Source: an uncultured bacterium
GTDB taxonomy: Bacteria; Acidobacteriota; Thermoanaerobaculia; Multivoradales; JAHZIX01
Assembly: GCA_965368975.1 (NCBI GenBank)
Contig: CBDUPA010000001.1
Coordinates: 672,001 to 736,000, forward strand
Length of the DNA: 64,000 nt
Direction of reading: 5' to 3'
Numbering within the stretch: the stretch's first letter is position 1; each line of letters begins with the position of its first letter. Positions 30,398-41,497 of the stretch are shown in pieces. Below the pieces are notes generated by a model. It saw nothing but the letters and a program-made list of their open reading frames with translations. It was not told the DNA's origin and did no database searches. The position numbers and the translations under genes are program-made.

Positions 30398-32326
30398 CTA
30401 CTTCTTGCGTTTCTTCTTGCCCTCTTGCAGGTATTTCTTCTTTTTTCCCTTGAGCTTGGCATGACGCAACTTGGAGCCGTCAGGCCCGCGACGCTTGCCG
30501 CGCTTCGGTCCTGGACGGTCGTCGCCTTCGCGCTGCGGTCCGTGTTCGCCATCGGTCTGCTGCCCGTACCGGGGCTGGTCTCCGGATCGCTGGTGTCCGG
30601 AAGGCTGGCGATCGTCGCGCGGTCCGCCGTAGCCGCCGCCGGGTGGTCCCTCGTCGGCACGGATGCGCAGCTCCTGACCCATCACCTGTACGCCCTTGAG
30701 GTGCTTGAGGATCTCACGCGGCATGCCGGCTGGCAGGTCGACGAGGCTGAAGCCGTCGAACAGGCGGATCTGCCCGATGTGGCGACCGTCGAGACCAGAC
30801 TCGTTGGCCAGCGCGCCGACGATGTTGCCCGGCTGCACGCCGTGGTCGCGGCCCACTTCGATGCGATAGCGTTGCATGCGGACGTCCGCATCCTGGCCGC
30901 GGGGCGGACGGTCGCGCGGTCGCTCCTGCCGCTCCTGCCGGTCTGGCCGATCGCGAGGACCTCCGTCGGGGCGCCACTCGTGAGCTGGTCGGTCTCTCTG
31001 GCGCTGCGACTGCTTCTTTTCCGGCGGCGGCAGCAGGGGACGATCCTTCTGCACCAGGTAGGTCAGGGCGGCAGCGAGGGTCGAGATGTCGGTGTCCAAC
31101 TCGCGCACGAAGCCGTCGGCAACTTGCTCGAAGAACTGCAACTCCTCGCTCTCGATCGTCTCGCCCAGCGTCTGCTGCAATTGCGCCACGCGACGGTTGA
31201 CCACGTCTTGACGGCTGGGCAGCTGCATCGCCTCGATACGCTGGCGCGTGACGCGCTCGATGGTGTACAGCATGCGCCGCTCGCGCGGTGACACGAAGAG
31301 GATCGCCTTGCCCTCGCGGCCGGCGCGCGCGGTACGGCCGATCCGGTGGACGTAGGCTTCGACGTCGTAGGGGATGTCGTAGTTGACCACGTGGCTGATG
31401 CGGTCGACGTCGAGCCCACGGGCGGCGACATCGGTTGCCACGACGATGTCGAGTTTGCCGTTCTTCAGCCGCTCGACCGCACGCTCGCGCAGTGCCTGGT
31501 TCATGTCACCGTTGAGCGCCGCGCAGGCGAAGCCGCGCGCTTCGAGCTTCTCCGCCAGCTCGACCGTCGCCACCTTGGTGCGCACGAAGATCAGCATGGC
31601 GTCGAAATCTTCGACTTCCAGGATCCGCGTCAGCGCGTCCAGCTTGTTCATGCCGCTGACCGGCCAGTAGTGCTGCGACACGGTCGACACGGTCGCCGTC
31701 TTGGTCGTGATGTGGACGTCGACCGGATCGCGCAGGTAGTTCTTGGCGACGTGCTGGATGCCTGGCGGCATGGTGGCAGAGAACAGGGCGACCTGCTTTT
31801 CCTCTGGCGTCTGCTTGAGGATCTCTTCGACTTCCTCCTGGAAGCCCATGCGCAGCATCTCGTCGGCCTCGTCCAGCACCACGGCCTGTAGCTGCGACAG
31901 GTCGAGAGTGCGGCGCCGCAGGTGGTCCTGGATGCGTCCCGGCGTGCCGACGACCACGTGCACCCCGCGCCGCAAGTGGCGCAGCTGGGTCTCGATGTTC
32001 TGGCCACCGTACACCGGCACGACGTGGAAGCCCTTGAGGTGGCGGGCGTAGGTCTGCATTGCCTCGGCCACCTGGATCGCCAGCTCGCGCGTCGGGGCCA
32101 GCACGAGCACCTGCGGCTTGCGCAGCTCGAGGTCGAGGCGGCTGAGCAGCGGCAGGGCGAAGGCGGCGGTCTTGCCGGTGCCCGTCTGCGCCTGACCGAG
32201 AAGGTCGCGGCCGGCGAGCAGGGGCGGGATCGCCTCGGCCTGGATCGAGGAGGGGGCTTCATAGCCGACTTCGTCGATGGCTTGGAGGACTGCAGGCGCG
32301 AGGCCGAGTTCAGAGAATTCCGTCAT
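30398..32326 (-). CDS. deaD: DEAD-box RNA helicase DeaD/CsdA
   Basis: AQTGTGKT, PTRELA, DEAD, SAT, ARGLD, HRIGRTAR; DbpA RNA-binding domain (YRIEVGRDHGVQPGNIVGALANE). Confidence 0.95.
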   Translation of the reverse strand: MTEFSELGLAPAVLQAIDEVGYEAPSSIQAEAIPPLLAGRDLLGQAQTGTGKTAAFALPLLSRLDLELRKPQVLVLAPTRELAIQVAEAMQTYARHLKGFHVVPVYGGQNIETQLRHLRRGVHVVVGTPGRIQDHLRRRTLDLSQLQAVVLDEADEMLRMGFQEEVEEILKQTPEEKQVALFSATMPPGIQHVAKNYLRDPVDVHITTKTATVSTVSQHYWPVSGMNKLDALTRILEVEDFDAMLIFVRTKVATVELAEKLEARGFACAALNGDMNQALRERAVERLKNGKLDIVVATDVAARGLDVDRISHVVNYDIPYDVEAYVHRIGRTARAGREGKAILFVSPRERRMLYTIERVTRQRIEAMQLPSRQDVVNRRVAQLQQTLGETIESEELQFFEQVADGFVRELDTDISTLAAALTYLVQKDRPLLPPPEKKQSQRQRDRPAHEWRPDGGPRDRPDRQERQERPRDRPPRGQDADVRMQRYRIEVGRDHGVQPGNIVGALANESGLDGRHIGQIRLFDGFSLVDLPAGMPREILKHLKGVQVMGQELRIRADEGPPGGGYGGPRDDRQPSGHQRSGDQPRYGQQTDGEHGPQREGDDRPGPKRGKRRGPDGSKLRHAKLKGKKKKYLQEGKKKRKK

Positions 32327-32592
32327 GTTCAGGAGGGCTCCATGTCTTGAGAGCTCTGTGCGGGGGAGGTCCGATCGATGGGCTCGATATCGCTCAGAGT
32401 GAGGTGGGTTGGTCCAGTTAAGACACGGCAGCCGATCCCGTGGCGACAGGGCAGGACGTCTCAGGTTCGAATGCGTGCTGCTGTGGGTGACGGGTGCTGT
32501 TGGGTGGCCGACTGGCGGGAACGCTGTTCACACAGCGCCCGGAGATCTTAGCATGGAGCCATGGCAAGATACTTCTCGTGAGGAGACTCTGG

Positions 32593-34374
32593 ATGCAACT
32601 ACGACGTGCGGCACTCGCCCTGATCGCTCTGCTGCTACCCGGCTGCAGCCGGGAACCGACGCTCGAACAGCTTCTCGACGACGACGCTGACCCGTCCGCG
32701 GCACGGGTCGCCGCCGCCGAGCGCGACGCCCTGCGCGGCCTTTACGCTGGCGTTGCGCCGTCTGAGGTCAAGCTGGTGCTGGGAGACGAGTGGTTGACGG
32801 CGCAGGGGGTGCGCGTCCAGGACGGCCACGTGGTGGCGCTGGCGCTCGTGGGGGCGTTCCCCAGGGAGCACCTGGCCGCTCTACCGCACCTGCAGTCGCT
32901 GCACGTCGCACGCGCCGAGCTGGACGACTTCCGGCAGCTGGGACCGTTACCCGAACTGGCAACCCTGGCGGTCGACTTCTCGCGCCTGTCCAGTCTGGAC
33001 GGCCTCGCCGAGTGTTGCCCACGCTTGCGTGAACTCGACATCTCGCAGGGCACGGTGCGCGATCTGGCTCCGCTCGCCGGGCTCGACAGCTTGGAGCACC
33101 TGCGCCTGGCCTACCTCGACCTGCCCGACTTGACGAGTGCACCGCCATTGCCGTCGCTGCACCGGCTGGTGATTACTGGCGGGCCACTGGCGTCGCTCGA
33201 AGGTCTCGACGCTTTCGATGCCCTGCACGAGTTGCTGCTCTTCGGCTGTCAGCAGCTGACCCGCCTGGACTCGCTGCCGCCGCTGTCCGAGTTGCGCCAG
33301 CTCGAATTGCAGCAGACGAAGGTGGCCTACCTCGGTGCCCTGCCCGAGCTGCCTGCCCTCGAACGCATCGAGACGTCGGACAACGCGCTGCTGCGCCTCC
33401 AGCTGCCAGGCGCACCGGGTGCCTTGCCGGCGCTGCGTGAGCTGGAGTTGCACGAGGCAGAGTTGGTGTCTGTCGAGCTGGGGCCGCTACCCAGCCTCGA
33501 GAGTGTTGACCTGCGCGGCGAAGGCTCGCTGTTTGACAGCGGTCGTCTGCGGCGCCTGGTGATCGCCACGCAGCCGCGCCTGACGAGCCTCGATGCGCGT
33601 CGCAACCACCTCCAGGACCTTGCCGGACTGGCGCCGCAGCCAGTGCTGGCTCACGTGCGCCTCGACCACAACCCGCTCGCCGTGCTGGAAGTCTTCGAGG
33701 ACGGGTTCCCAGCCTTGCGTCATGTATCGGTGCGCCGCACGCGCGTTGCTGAGCTACCGGGGGCTCTCCAAGCCGCGGGCGTCGTGATGTCGCACGATGA
33801 AGCCGAGGTCGAGGCCAACGCCTGGGAGGCGGTGCTGCGCCAGGCGTTCGAGGCGCGGAAGGGTTCTTTCGTCGAGAGCCTGCCGGTTACCGCTGGATCC
33901 GCGCAGCGCCTCCAGGCCCGCTGCACCTACGCCGCCAGCACTTTCTCGACGCCGCGCCTCAATTGCAGCGGCAGCATCGAACAGCTCTCCGGCCTGGTCT
34001 ACCTAGAGCTGGTCAGCGTCGATCCGCTGAGCCCGGCCGCCGGCGGCCCCAACACCTGGCCCGTGCGCGCCAGCGTCCGCACCCGCAAGGGGCGGGTGCG
34101 CCTGTACGTCAAGTACGAAGCGGATTTCCGCGGCCGGGCCGAAGCATTGGCGGGCTACCGCGACCCTGAGCAGCCGTGGTTCCAACTCGGCGAGGCTGGC
34201 AATGCGGCAGAGGAGCCGGGTTCCGTCTCCGGCTATGCCTTTGCCGAGGCGACTCCCGGCCAGCCCGGCTCGACTTCCGGCGAGGCGCACCTGCTGGTCG
34301 ATCGGCTGGTGGTCTGGATCGAAGGCGAAGACGCAGAGGGTGTCGAGTACGTGCTGGAGTCACCAAACCCATAG
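32593..34374 (+). CDS. Leucine-rich repeat lipoprotein
   Basis: Lipobox LLPGC; many LPxLxxLxL repeats; non-LRR C-terminal domain. Confidence 0.8.
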   Translation: MQLRRAALALIALLLPGCSREPTLEQLLDDDADPSAARVAAAERDALRGLYAGVAPSEVKLVLGDEWLTAQGVRVQDGHVVALALVGAFPREHLAALPHLQSLHVARAELDDFRQLGPLPELATLAVDFSRLSSLDGLAECCPRLRELDISQGTVRDLAPLAGLDSLEHLRLAYLDLPDLTSAPPLPSLHRLVITGGPLASLEGLDAFDALHELLLFGCQQLTRLDSLPPLSELRQLELQQTKVAYLGALPELPALERIETSDNALLRLQLPGAPGALPALRELELHEAELVSVELGPLPSLESVDLRGEGSLFDSGRLRRLVIATQPRLTSLDARRNHLQDLAGLAPQPVLAHVRLDHNPLAVLEVFEDGFPALRHVSVRRTRVAELPGALQAAGVVMSHDEAEVEANAWEAVLRQAFEARKGSFVESLPVTAGSAQRLQARCTYAASTFSTPRLNCSGSIEQLSGLVYLELVSVDPLSPAAGGPNTWPVRASVRTRKGRVRLYVKYEADFRGRAEALAGYRDPEQPWFQLGEAGNAAEEPGSVSGYAFAEATPGQPGSTSGEAHLLVDRLVVWIEGEDAEGVEYVLESPNP

Positions 34375-34416
34375 GCTCACGCCCCGTGGGCACGGCCGGC
34401 TGGTACACCCTTCCCT

Positions 34417-34462
34417 TTGACAATCTACAAGAGCAGCGCTAGGCTCTCTTGTAGAACGTCAA
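34417..34462 (+). promoter_or_regulatory. Sigma70 promoter overlapped by a 17-bp inverted repeat (probable PadR operator)
   Basis: TTGACA-N17-TAGGCT; arms TTGACAATCTACAAGAG and CTCTTGTAGAACGTCAA (2 mismatches). Confidence 0.75.
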
Positions 34463-34501
34463 GGGGACGTACTGACGACTGAAGAAAAGCCGGAGACTCC
34501 G

Positions 34502-34834
34502 ATGCCACAAGACCGATCCGACCTGCTCCAAGGCACCCTCGATCTGCTCATTCTGCGCACCCTCCTGCCCGGTGCTCTGCACGGCTGGGCGATTTCGCAG
34601 CGCATTCAGCAGGTTTCGGACGAAGTGCTGCAGGTGCAGCAGGGGTCACTGTACCCATCGTTGCACCGCCTGGAGCGCAAGGGTTGGATCCAGTCCGAGT
34701 GGGGGGCGTCGGAGAACAACCGTCGCGCCAAGTTCTACAGTCTCACCGAGGAAGGCCGTGCCCGGCTGGAGGATGAGACGGAGAATTGGATGCGTTTGTC
34801 GGCGGCGGTGAGCCGGGTCTTGGAGTTGGCATGA
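34502..34834 (+). CDS. padR: PadR family transcriptional regulator (acidobacterial type)
   Basis: [38 protein letters not shown]. Confidence 0.93.
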   Translation: MPQDRSDLLQGTLDLLILRTLLPGALHGWAISQRIQQVSDEVLQVQQGSLYPSLHRLERKGWIQSEWGASENNRRAKFYSLTEEGRARLEDETENWMRLSAAVSRVLELA

Positions 34835-37467
34835 GCTGGTGGAACGACCTCGCGTACCGTTGGCGCTCGCTGACCGAGCGTCGACAGCAGGACACTGAAC
34901 TGGACGAAGAGCTACGCTTTCACCTCGAGATGGAGGTGGAGCGGCGGGTGGCGGCCGGAGCGACAGAGGCACAAGCTCGGCGCGCGGCGCGGCTAGCCTT
35001 CGGTGCACCGGAGAGCGTCAAGGAGGCGTGCCGCGACGCCTGGGGGACGCGCTTGCTCGACAACCTCGGGCGTGACCTGCGGGTGGCGGCGCGGCAGCTG
35101 CACAAGGGGTGGCGCTTCAGCACGGTGGCGGTGGCCAGCTTGGCGATTGGCATTGGTGCGGCGGCGGTGATGTTCAGTGTCGTCGATGCGGTGCTGCTGC
35201 AGCCCTTGCCCTTCGGTGAGCCCGAGCGGGTGGTGTCGTTCTGGGAGCTGACGCCGGGCGGCGAGCGCTTCTCGTCGTCGGACGCCAACGTGCTCGATTT
35301 CGGCCAGCGTGCGACGACGCTGAGCGGCCTGGCCGGGATCCGTTTCCCGGCGATCCGGCCGTCTCTGCGCCACGGCAGTGACCGTGTGCCGCTCGACGCC
35401 TTCGCGGTGACTCCGTCGTTCTTCGACGTGCTCGGCGTGCCGGCCCGCCTCGGACGCACCTTTGGTGCCGAGGAAGCGGTGGTGCAAGACCGACCGCGCA
35501 CCGTCGTGGTGTCGGAGGCTGCCTGGCGCCGTCACTTCGCGGCGGACACGGACGTCATCGGCCGTGAGATCGATCTCGACGGCGAGCTGTGGACGGTGAT
35601 CGGCGTGCTTCCTCGCGGCTTCCGCTTCGGTGTCGCGACGCCCGACCTCTACCTGCCGTCGCCCGCGGATGCGTCCTTCGACCGGGGAGATCATCGGCTG
35701 AGTACGGTGGCGCGGCTGGCGCCGGGCGTGAGCCTGGCCCAGGCCAACGCCGAGGTGGCGACGATCGCGGCACAGCTCGCTCGCGAGTATCCGGACAGCA
35801 ACGATGGCTGGAGCGCCGAAGTCGAGCCGGTGAGCGAGACCTTCCTCGGCCCCACGACACGGCGCGCCAATGTCGTTCTCCTGGGCGCCGTGGGTCTGCT
35901 GCTGCTCCTGGCCTGCGCCAACGTCTCGAACCTGCTGCTCGCTCGCGGCGCCGACCGCGCCGACGAGATCCGTCTACGCCTGGCGCTGGGTGCCAGCCGC
36001 TGGCGCGTCGCGGCGCAGTTGTTCACGGAGTCCGTGCTGCTGGCCCTGCTCGGTGCCTTCGGTGGTGGTCTGCTGGCGCTCGGGGCCGTACCACTGGTAC
36101 GCCGTCTCGACGTGCCGTTACCGCGCCTGGACGAGATGTCCGTCGACCTGCGGCTGCTCGCCTTCGTCGCGCTGCTGGCGCTGCTGTCGGTCCTGCTCTT
36201 CGGCTTGCTGCCGTCCCTGCGGCTGACGTCCAAGTCGGCGCGGCTCGGAGTTCGCACGGCCCGCCACGGCTCGAGTCGCCGCGACAGCCGTCTGCGCTCC
36301 GGGCTGGTAGCTGTGGAAGTCGCTCTCGCGGTCGTGCTCGCCGTCGGCTCCGGCCTCTTGGTGCACAGCTTCGAGCAGCTGCGCAGTGTCGATGTCGGCT
36401 TCGAGGCGGCCGGTCCGGGCGACGGTGGCGTCTTGCTCGCCCAGTTCGACTTGCCACCCGAGCGCTATCCCGAGAGCGGCGAGGCGACGCGTCGCTTCTA
36501 CGATAACCTGCTGCCGCAGCTGCAGGCGCTGCCCGCTGTGACGGCGGTCGGGGGCTCGATCGTCAGCCCATTTCGCGGCCCAACGCCTTCGAACGTGGTC
36601 AGCAGCGAGGCTGAGGTCGACGTTGATGCGTTTACGCGCGTCCAGTGGCGCAGCGTCACGCCGGACTACTTCCGTGCTCTGGGCATCGCGCTGCTGCGAG
36701 GCAGCAGTTTCTCAGCGACCGGTGATCCCCAGATGCACGCCGTCGTCAGCTCGCGCCTGGCCTCGCGCCTGTGGCCAGGGGAAGACCCGATCGGCCAGCG
36801 TGTGCGCTGGATCTCCCCCGAAGGACCGCTGTTCGAAGTGATTGGTGTCGCCAGCGAGGTGCAGGATCTCTTTCTGGGTCAGGACCCACCGGCCATGATC
36901 TACCTGCCGCAGCGCCTGATCGGCTGGCCGAATCTGACGGTGGCTCTGCGCACGCAGCAGGAACCGTCGTCCCTGGCTCCGGCGGTGCGGTCCGTCGTGC
37001 GCGAGATCGATCCTCTACTCGCGCCGCCTCCGTTCTCGACCCTGGACGAACATCGCCGCGAGGCCTTGGCCGAGCCGCTGCTGAGCCTGCAGCTGATGTC
37101 TGTCTTCGCCGCCATCGCCTTGATCCTGGCCGCGGTCGGTGTCTACGGCGTCGTTGCCTACGCGGTTAGCCGCCGCCGCCGTGAGCTCGGCGTGCGGGTC
37201 GCCCTGGGTGCGCAGCCGCGCCAACTGGTGAACCTGGTCCTGCGCGACGGCGCTCGCATGGTCGGGCTCGGCTTGGTCGGTGGTCTGCTGGCGTCGCTGG
37301 CGCTGGTCGGCACCCTACGAGCTTTGCTTTACCAGACATCGCCGTTCAATCCAACGGTGTTGCTGGGCGTCGTGGTGCTGCTCTTCCTGGTCGGCCTGAC
37401 AGCAACTTGGCTGCCGGCCCGCAGGGGTGCACGACAGGATCCCCTGCGGGCGCTTCGAGAGGAGTGA
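34831..37467 (+). CDS. ABC permease, ADOP family, with permease-prefix domain
   Basis: [50 protein letters not shown]; ATGA overlap with padR. Confidence 0.92.
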   Translation: MSWWNDLAYRWRSLTERRQQDTELDEELRFHLEMEVERRVAAGATEAQARRAARLAFGAPESVKEACRDAWGTRLLDNLGRDLRVAARQLHKGWRFSTVAVASLAIGIGAAAVMFSVVDAVLLQPLPFGEPERVVSFWELTPGGERFSSSDANVLDFGQRATTLSGLAGIRFPAIRPSLRHGSDRVPLDAFAVTPSFFDVLGVPARLGRTFGAEEAVVQDRPRTVVVSEAAWRRHFAADTDVIGREIDLDGELWTVIGVLPRGFRFGVATPDLYLPSPADASFDRGDHRLSTVARLAPGVSLAQANAEVATIAAQLAREYPDSNDGWSAEVEPVSETFLGPTTRRANVVLLGAVGLLLLLACANVSNLLLARGADRADEIRLRLALGASRWRVAAQLFTESVLLALLGAFGGGLLALGAVPLVRRLDVPLPRLDEMSVDLRLLAFVALLALLSVLLFGLLPSLRLTSKSARLGVRTARHGSSRRDSRLRSGLVAVEVALAVVLAVGSGLLVHSFEQLRSVDVGFEAAGPGDGGVLLAQFDLPPERYPESGEATRRFYDNLLPQLQALPAVTAVGGSIVSPFRGPTPSNVVSSEAEVDVDAFTRVQWRSVTPDYFRALGIALLRGSSFSATGDPQMHAVVSSRLASRLWPGEDPIGQRVRWISPEGPLFEVIGVASEVQDLFLGQDPPAMIYLPQRLIGWPNLTVALRTQQEPSSLAPAVRSVVREIDPLLAPPPFSTLDEHRREALAEPLLSLQLMSVFAAIALILAAVGVYGVVAYAVSRRRRELGVRVALGAQPRQLVNLVLRDGARMVGLGLVGGLLASLALVGTLRALLYQTSPFNPTVLLGVVVLLFLVGLTATWLPARRGARQDPLRALREE

Positions 37468-37622
37468 GGTGGTCGGGACGCAGTTTGATCGAACTGACCA
37501 GAATGCGACCCGAGGCAACCCTCCCCGTCGGCTGCCGTATCATCGGGTACAGGTTCCCATCTCCGTGGAGAGCAGCCTGTGGAGCTGCGCTTGCCGTTCA
37601 AACTCACACGAAGGAGCTCCCT

Positions 37623-39071
37623 ATGGAACGCATTCTCGGCTGTCTCAGTTTGGCCTTCTTTCTGCTCTTCCTCTCCGTGCCCCACGCAGCGCGGGCACAG
37701 CCGCTCGCTCCAGCATCCACCGACGCACCTGCTGCCTTACCCAGTGACGATCAGATCGCGAGGATCCTGCAGCAGCGTGTCGAGCGCGACCAGCGCGGAG
37801 TCGGCATTGTGGTCGGTGTACTCGATGCCAAGGGCCCACGCTTTGTGGCTCATGGCGAAATGCGCCGCGGCGGCGGGGAAGTGCCGGACAGCAAGACGCT
37901 GTTCGAGATCGGCTCGATCTCCAAAGCCTTCACCGGTACGTTGCTGGCTAGCCTGGTCGCTACGGGTGAGGTGCGCTTCGCCGAGCCGGTCGCGGCGCTG
38001 CTGCCGGAGTCCGTGCAGGTGCCGGAGCATGGCGGCACGATCACGCTGGAAGCCCTGGCGACGCACGCTTCGGGTCTACCCCGCCTGCCCGACAACATGA
38101 CTCCCGCCAATGTCCTGAATCCCTATGCCGACTACAGCGTCGAGCAGCTGTATGCCTTCCTGAGTGGTCATCAACTGCGCCGCGACGTCGGCGTCGAAGT
38201 CGAATACTCGAATCTGGGCTTCGGTCTGCTTGGACATGCGCTGGCCCGGCGGGCGGGTGGCAGCTGGGAAGAGCTGGTGCGGGCGCGAATCACAGGTCCG
38301 CTGGGTATGACGGACACCATCATCACGCTAGCGCCGGCGCAGCGGCAGCGCTTTGCCACCCCGCACCGGGGAGACCTCGAACCCACTCCCGCCTGGGACA
38401 TCCCGACCCTCGCCGGAGCCGGTGCTCTGCGCTCTACGGCCGCGGACATGCTGCTCTTGGCGGCCGCGCATCTGGGGCTCGGAGAAGCAGGGGAAACACA
38501 GGAGGCGGTGCGGGCAGCGCTACAGGAAGCGCGCAGGCCGCGCCGGAGCATGGGGGTACCTGGGATGGAGATCGGTCTCGGCTGGGTCACGCGCACGGGC
38601 GGGAGCAGCACTATCGTGTGGCACAACGGCGGTACCGGCGGTTCGCGCTCGTTCTTCGGCGTCGATGTCGAGGCGGGACGCGCGGTCGTGGTGCTGACCA
38701 ACAGCGAGCACAGTGCCGACGACATCGGCTTCCATCTGCTCGATCCAAGCTACGAGCTAGCGACCTTCGGGCCACCGCCGAAGGAGATCGACGTGGCAGT
38801 GCAGGACTTGGAGCGCTACGTCGGTCGCTACCAGCTGGCGCCGGGTTTCTTCGTCGAGATCACGCGCGAAGGCGCACAGCTGTTCGCCCAGGCGACCGGG
38901 CAGCCGCGGTTCCCGGTCTTCGCTTCGGCGCCGAAGGAGTTCTTCTTCAAGGTAGTCGAAGCGCGCCTCGTCTTCGAGGTCGAGGGCGGCGACTCGGCCA
39001 GCAACTTGACCCTCTACCAGGGCGGGCAGGTGATCCCGGGACCGCGAGTGACCGACAGCTCGATGCCCTGA
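37623..39071 (+). CDS. Serine hydrolase (beta-lactamase/class C-like fold) with DUF3471-like C-terminus
   Basis: FEIGSISK (SxxK), YSN, WHNGGTGG; signal peptide. Confidence 0.9.
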   Translation: MERILGCLSLAFFLLFLSVPHAARAQPLAPASTDAPAALPSDDQIARILQQRVERDQRGVGIVVGVLDAKGPRFVAHGEMRRGGGEVPDSKTLFEIGSISKAFTGTLLASLVATGEVRFAEPVAALLPESVQVPEHGGTITLEALATHASGLPRLPDNMTPANVLNPYADYSVEQLYAFLSGHQLRRDVGVEVEYSNLGFGLLGHALARRAGGSWEELVRARITGPLGMTDTIITLAPAQRQRFATPHRGDLEPTPAWDIPTLAGAGALRSTAADMLLLAAAHLGLGEAGETQEAVRAALQEARRPRRSMGVPGMEIGLGWVTRTGGSSTIVWHNGGTGGSRSFFGVDVEAGRAVVVLTNSEHSADDIGFHLLDPSYELATFGPPPKEIDVAVQDLERYVGRYQLAPGFFVEITREGAQLFAQATGQPRFPVFASAPKEFFFKVVEARLVFEVEGGDSASNLTLYQGGQVIPGPRVTDSSMP

Positions 39072-39078
39072 AGTGCAG

Positions 39079-40803
39079 CTACGTGACGGCGCGGCCGCCG
39101 GCCAGGCGCAGGTGTGGCCGCGCCGGTTCCGTGGCTCTTGGAGCCGGAGACTCGCGGTCCGGCTCTCCGCGCTTCGGATCAGCGGTGGCCGTCTCGGTGC
39201 GAGTTTCGAGCATTGCCGAGATGCGCTCGAAGGTGATACCCATGCGCTCGGCCAGCACCGTGGCCAGCGAGGTATCCGCGACACCGGGCACGAACTGGTA
39301 GGTGGAGCGCTGGTCGACGATTTCGACCTGCAGGAAGTGTAGGTTCCGGATCGGTGGTGCGGCTTGCAGCCCGCGGGCGTAGTCGAGGAAGTGTGTGGTG
39401 ATGAAGGTCACGGACCGGACTTTCTCGAGCAAGCGTAGGACGAGCGAGAAGACCTCGCTGCCTTCCGACGGGTTGGTGCCAGAGCACAGCTCGTCGAGCA
39501 GCACCATCGATGTCCCCTGCATGGTCTCGAAGAGTGTCCGAATGCGTTCGAGCTCGCGTCCCAGGCGGCCTTCGGAATGCTCGATCGCCTCGTGCTCGAT
39601 CAGCGACACGAAGAGATTGCGCACCGGCAGCAGACGGGCCTTCGACGCGGCGACGTAGAAGCCGTTCTGTCCGAACAGTTGTGCCAGGCCGAGTGCCTGG
39701 AGTAAGCGCGTCTTGCCACCGGAGTTGGGACCGGTGATCAGGGTTGCCGAGCGCGCCTTCTCGGAGTGAATCTGGCAGGGGACCGGCGGTGACGGGCCGC
39801 TGAGCAGCAAAGGATTGAACAGGTTCTCCAGTTCCAGGCTGTCTGCCGCGACTCCGGCTCCAACCAGTAGCTCCGGCAGGCACACGTCGAGCCCGGCGGC
39901 GACGGCACGCTCGGCGAATTGATGCTGCGTCAGGTAGACCTCGAGCTGTCCCATCAGCTGGGCCAGGCCCAGCAGGGCCGGGGCCACGGTATCGAACACC
40001 GACTGCAAGAGCCGGTTGCTCATCTCGCCACTGGTCAGTTCGAAGCCGTGTAGGAGCAGCGCGGAAAGGCGCTGCAGCAGGTGCTTCCAGGGCCCCAGGA
40101 AGAACCGATTACGACGGTTGTAATGGATCTCGCGCAGGTCGAGATGCTTGATGCGGCCGTCAGCTCCGACGCGCAACTCGACGCTCAAGGTTGCGCGGTG
40201 CTGGTGGTAATCGAGCAGGCTGGCCAGGGTCTGGTAGGGCTCGGAGGCCTGGATCTCCTGGCCTACCGAGTGCAGCCGCGCCAGGCCGCTGTGTGCGTTC
40301 TCGAAGTCGGTGACCATCGAGTCGATGCACTGCTTGGCCAGGTTCAGCAGGTCGATGCGGAAGGTATTGATGTCCAGGCGCGCCATCCGCCCCGGCATCT
40401 TGAACATGTGGATCAGCTGGTGCAAGCGCTTGTACAGCGCGGTGGTCTTGGTCAGCAGGTCCGGGGATGTCGCCAGCTCGCGCAGAATTCCCTGGCGCAG
40501 TTGCGTCGTCTCCAGATCCTGGACCAGGGTCGTGTGGATGCGGAAGAGAAAAGCGTGGTTGGTGCCATAGCGTTGGCCGTCGATCTCCAGTCCCAGGCCC
40601 TGGCGTACCCAAGGATCGAGGAAGAGGTCGGGAGCGAACTGCTCCGGTGGGCACGGCGGGACTTGGTTCGAACTGGCCAGGGCCTCGTCGATCATCGGGG
40701 CTTCGCCCTTGCCGGTGAAGGCCAGGCCGAGCACCTCCTCGAGCTGCCGGTCGTCGACGTCGAGGCGGGCCTGGGCATGCAGCAGGTCCGGGACCGGAAT
40801 CAT
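39079..40803 (-). CDS. MutS domain V (ATPase)-only protein
   Basis: ITGPNSGGKT, GRLGREL, LLDELCSGTN, ITTHF; no mismatch-binding domain evident. Confidence 0.85.
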   Translation of the reverse strand: MIPVPDLLHAQARLDVDDRQLEEVLGLAFTGKGEAPMIDEALASSNQVPPCPPEQFAPDLFLDPWVRQGLGLEIDGQRYGTNHAFLFRIHTTLVQDLETTQLRQGILRELATSPDLLTKTTALYKRLHQLIHMFKMPGRMARLDINTFRIDLLNLAKQCIDSMVTDFENAHSGLARLHSVGQEIQASEPYQTLASLLDYHQHRATLSVELRVGADGRIKHLDLREIHYNRRNRFFLGPWKHLLQRLSALLLHGFELTSGEMSNRLLQSVFDTVAPALLGLAQLMGQLEVYLTQHQFAERAVAAGLDVCLPELLVGAGVAADSLELENLFNPLLLSGPSPPVPCQIHSEKARSATLITGPNSGGKTRLLQALGLAQLFGQNGFYVAASKARLLPVRNLFVSLIEHEAIEHSEGRLGRELERIRTLFETMQGTSMVLLDELCSGTNPSEGSEVFSLVLRLLEKVRSVTFITTHFLDYARGLQAAPPIRNLHFLQVEIVDQRSTYQFVPGVADTSLATVLAERMGITFERISAMLETRTETATADPKRGEPDRESPAPRATEPARPHLRLAGGRAVT

Positions 40804-40956
40804 CTTGCCTCCTCTCGCTGGGGTTGGAGCTCGTGTAGCGATCCGTTGCGGATCTGGGGGGGTAGAGCTGAAGCCCACAACGCCCCCAGGCTTTCGGGTA
40901 TTCCGCTCTACGCTGAAGTCTTCGACCAGCGGAGGAAGGCGGCGAACCCGGAGTCG

Positions 40957-41409
40957 TCAGGCGAGAGCCTTGCGCAGTGCCAGGATGTAGCCCAGGTGGA
41001 GGCCTTCGTGGAAGTTGTTGAAACTGATCGCCTCTTCCACTGTGCTCAGCTTGAAGCCCTGCGAAGTTTCGTACAGTGAGTAGCCGCTGAACTTGCCCGC
41101 GGCGAGATCCTCGGCAGTCCGCTTGGGAGCTTCGAGGCTGTACTCCATGATTGCCCGGAACGACTCCGCGTCCCCGTCGCTCGGCAGTGTGCCCTTGCGG
41201 TAGCGATCGATTAGTTCCTGGGGCACGAACGGTTCGACGCCGCTGAGGCCGTACGTCAACACTTGCTGCGTTGCCACCAGGTGCGCTCCGTTCCAGGCCA
41301 CGTGGTTGACGAAGCCGTCCGGGATGCGGAACAGGTCGTCCTCGGGGATCGAGTCGAGCAACTGGCCGAGAACCTGGCGAATGAACGAGAGCTGGTCGAT
41401 GGCGAGCAT
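40957..41409 (-). CDS. DinB family protein
   Basis: IPDGFVNHVAWNGAH..; FNNFHEGLHLGY. Confidence 0.85.
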   Translation of the reverse strand: MLAIDQLSFIRQVLGQLLDSIPEDDLFRIPDGFVNHVAWNGAHLVATQQVLTYGLSGVEPFVPQELIDRYRKGTLPSDGDAESFRAIMEYSLEAPKRTAEDLAAGKFSGYSLYETSQGFKLSTVEEAISFNNFHEGLHLGYILALRKALA

Positions 41410-41497
41410 GTGAGATCTCCTGGGTCTTTGTGAACGGCTGTAGCTGCCGCGACCCTATACCGGTACAATGACTCCAACAAGTCAAAGGAGGTTCCAC

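Noticed and set aside
37623-39071. Antibiotic-resistance beta-lactamase
   Set aside because: SxxK/YxN/HxG with a DUF3471-like tail fits a generic serine hydrolase; no mobile context
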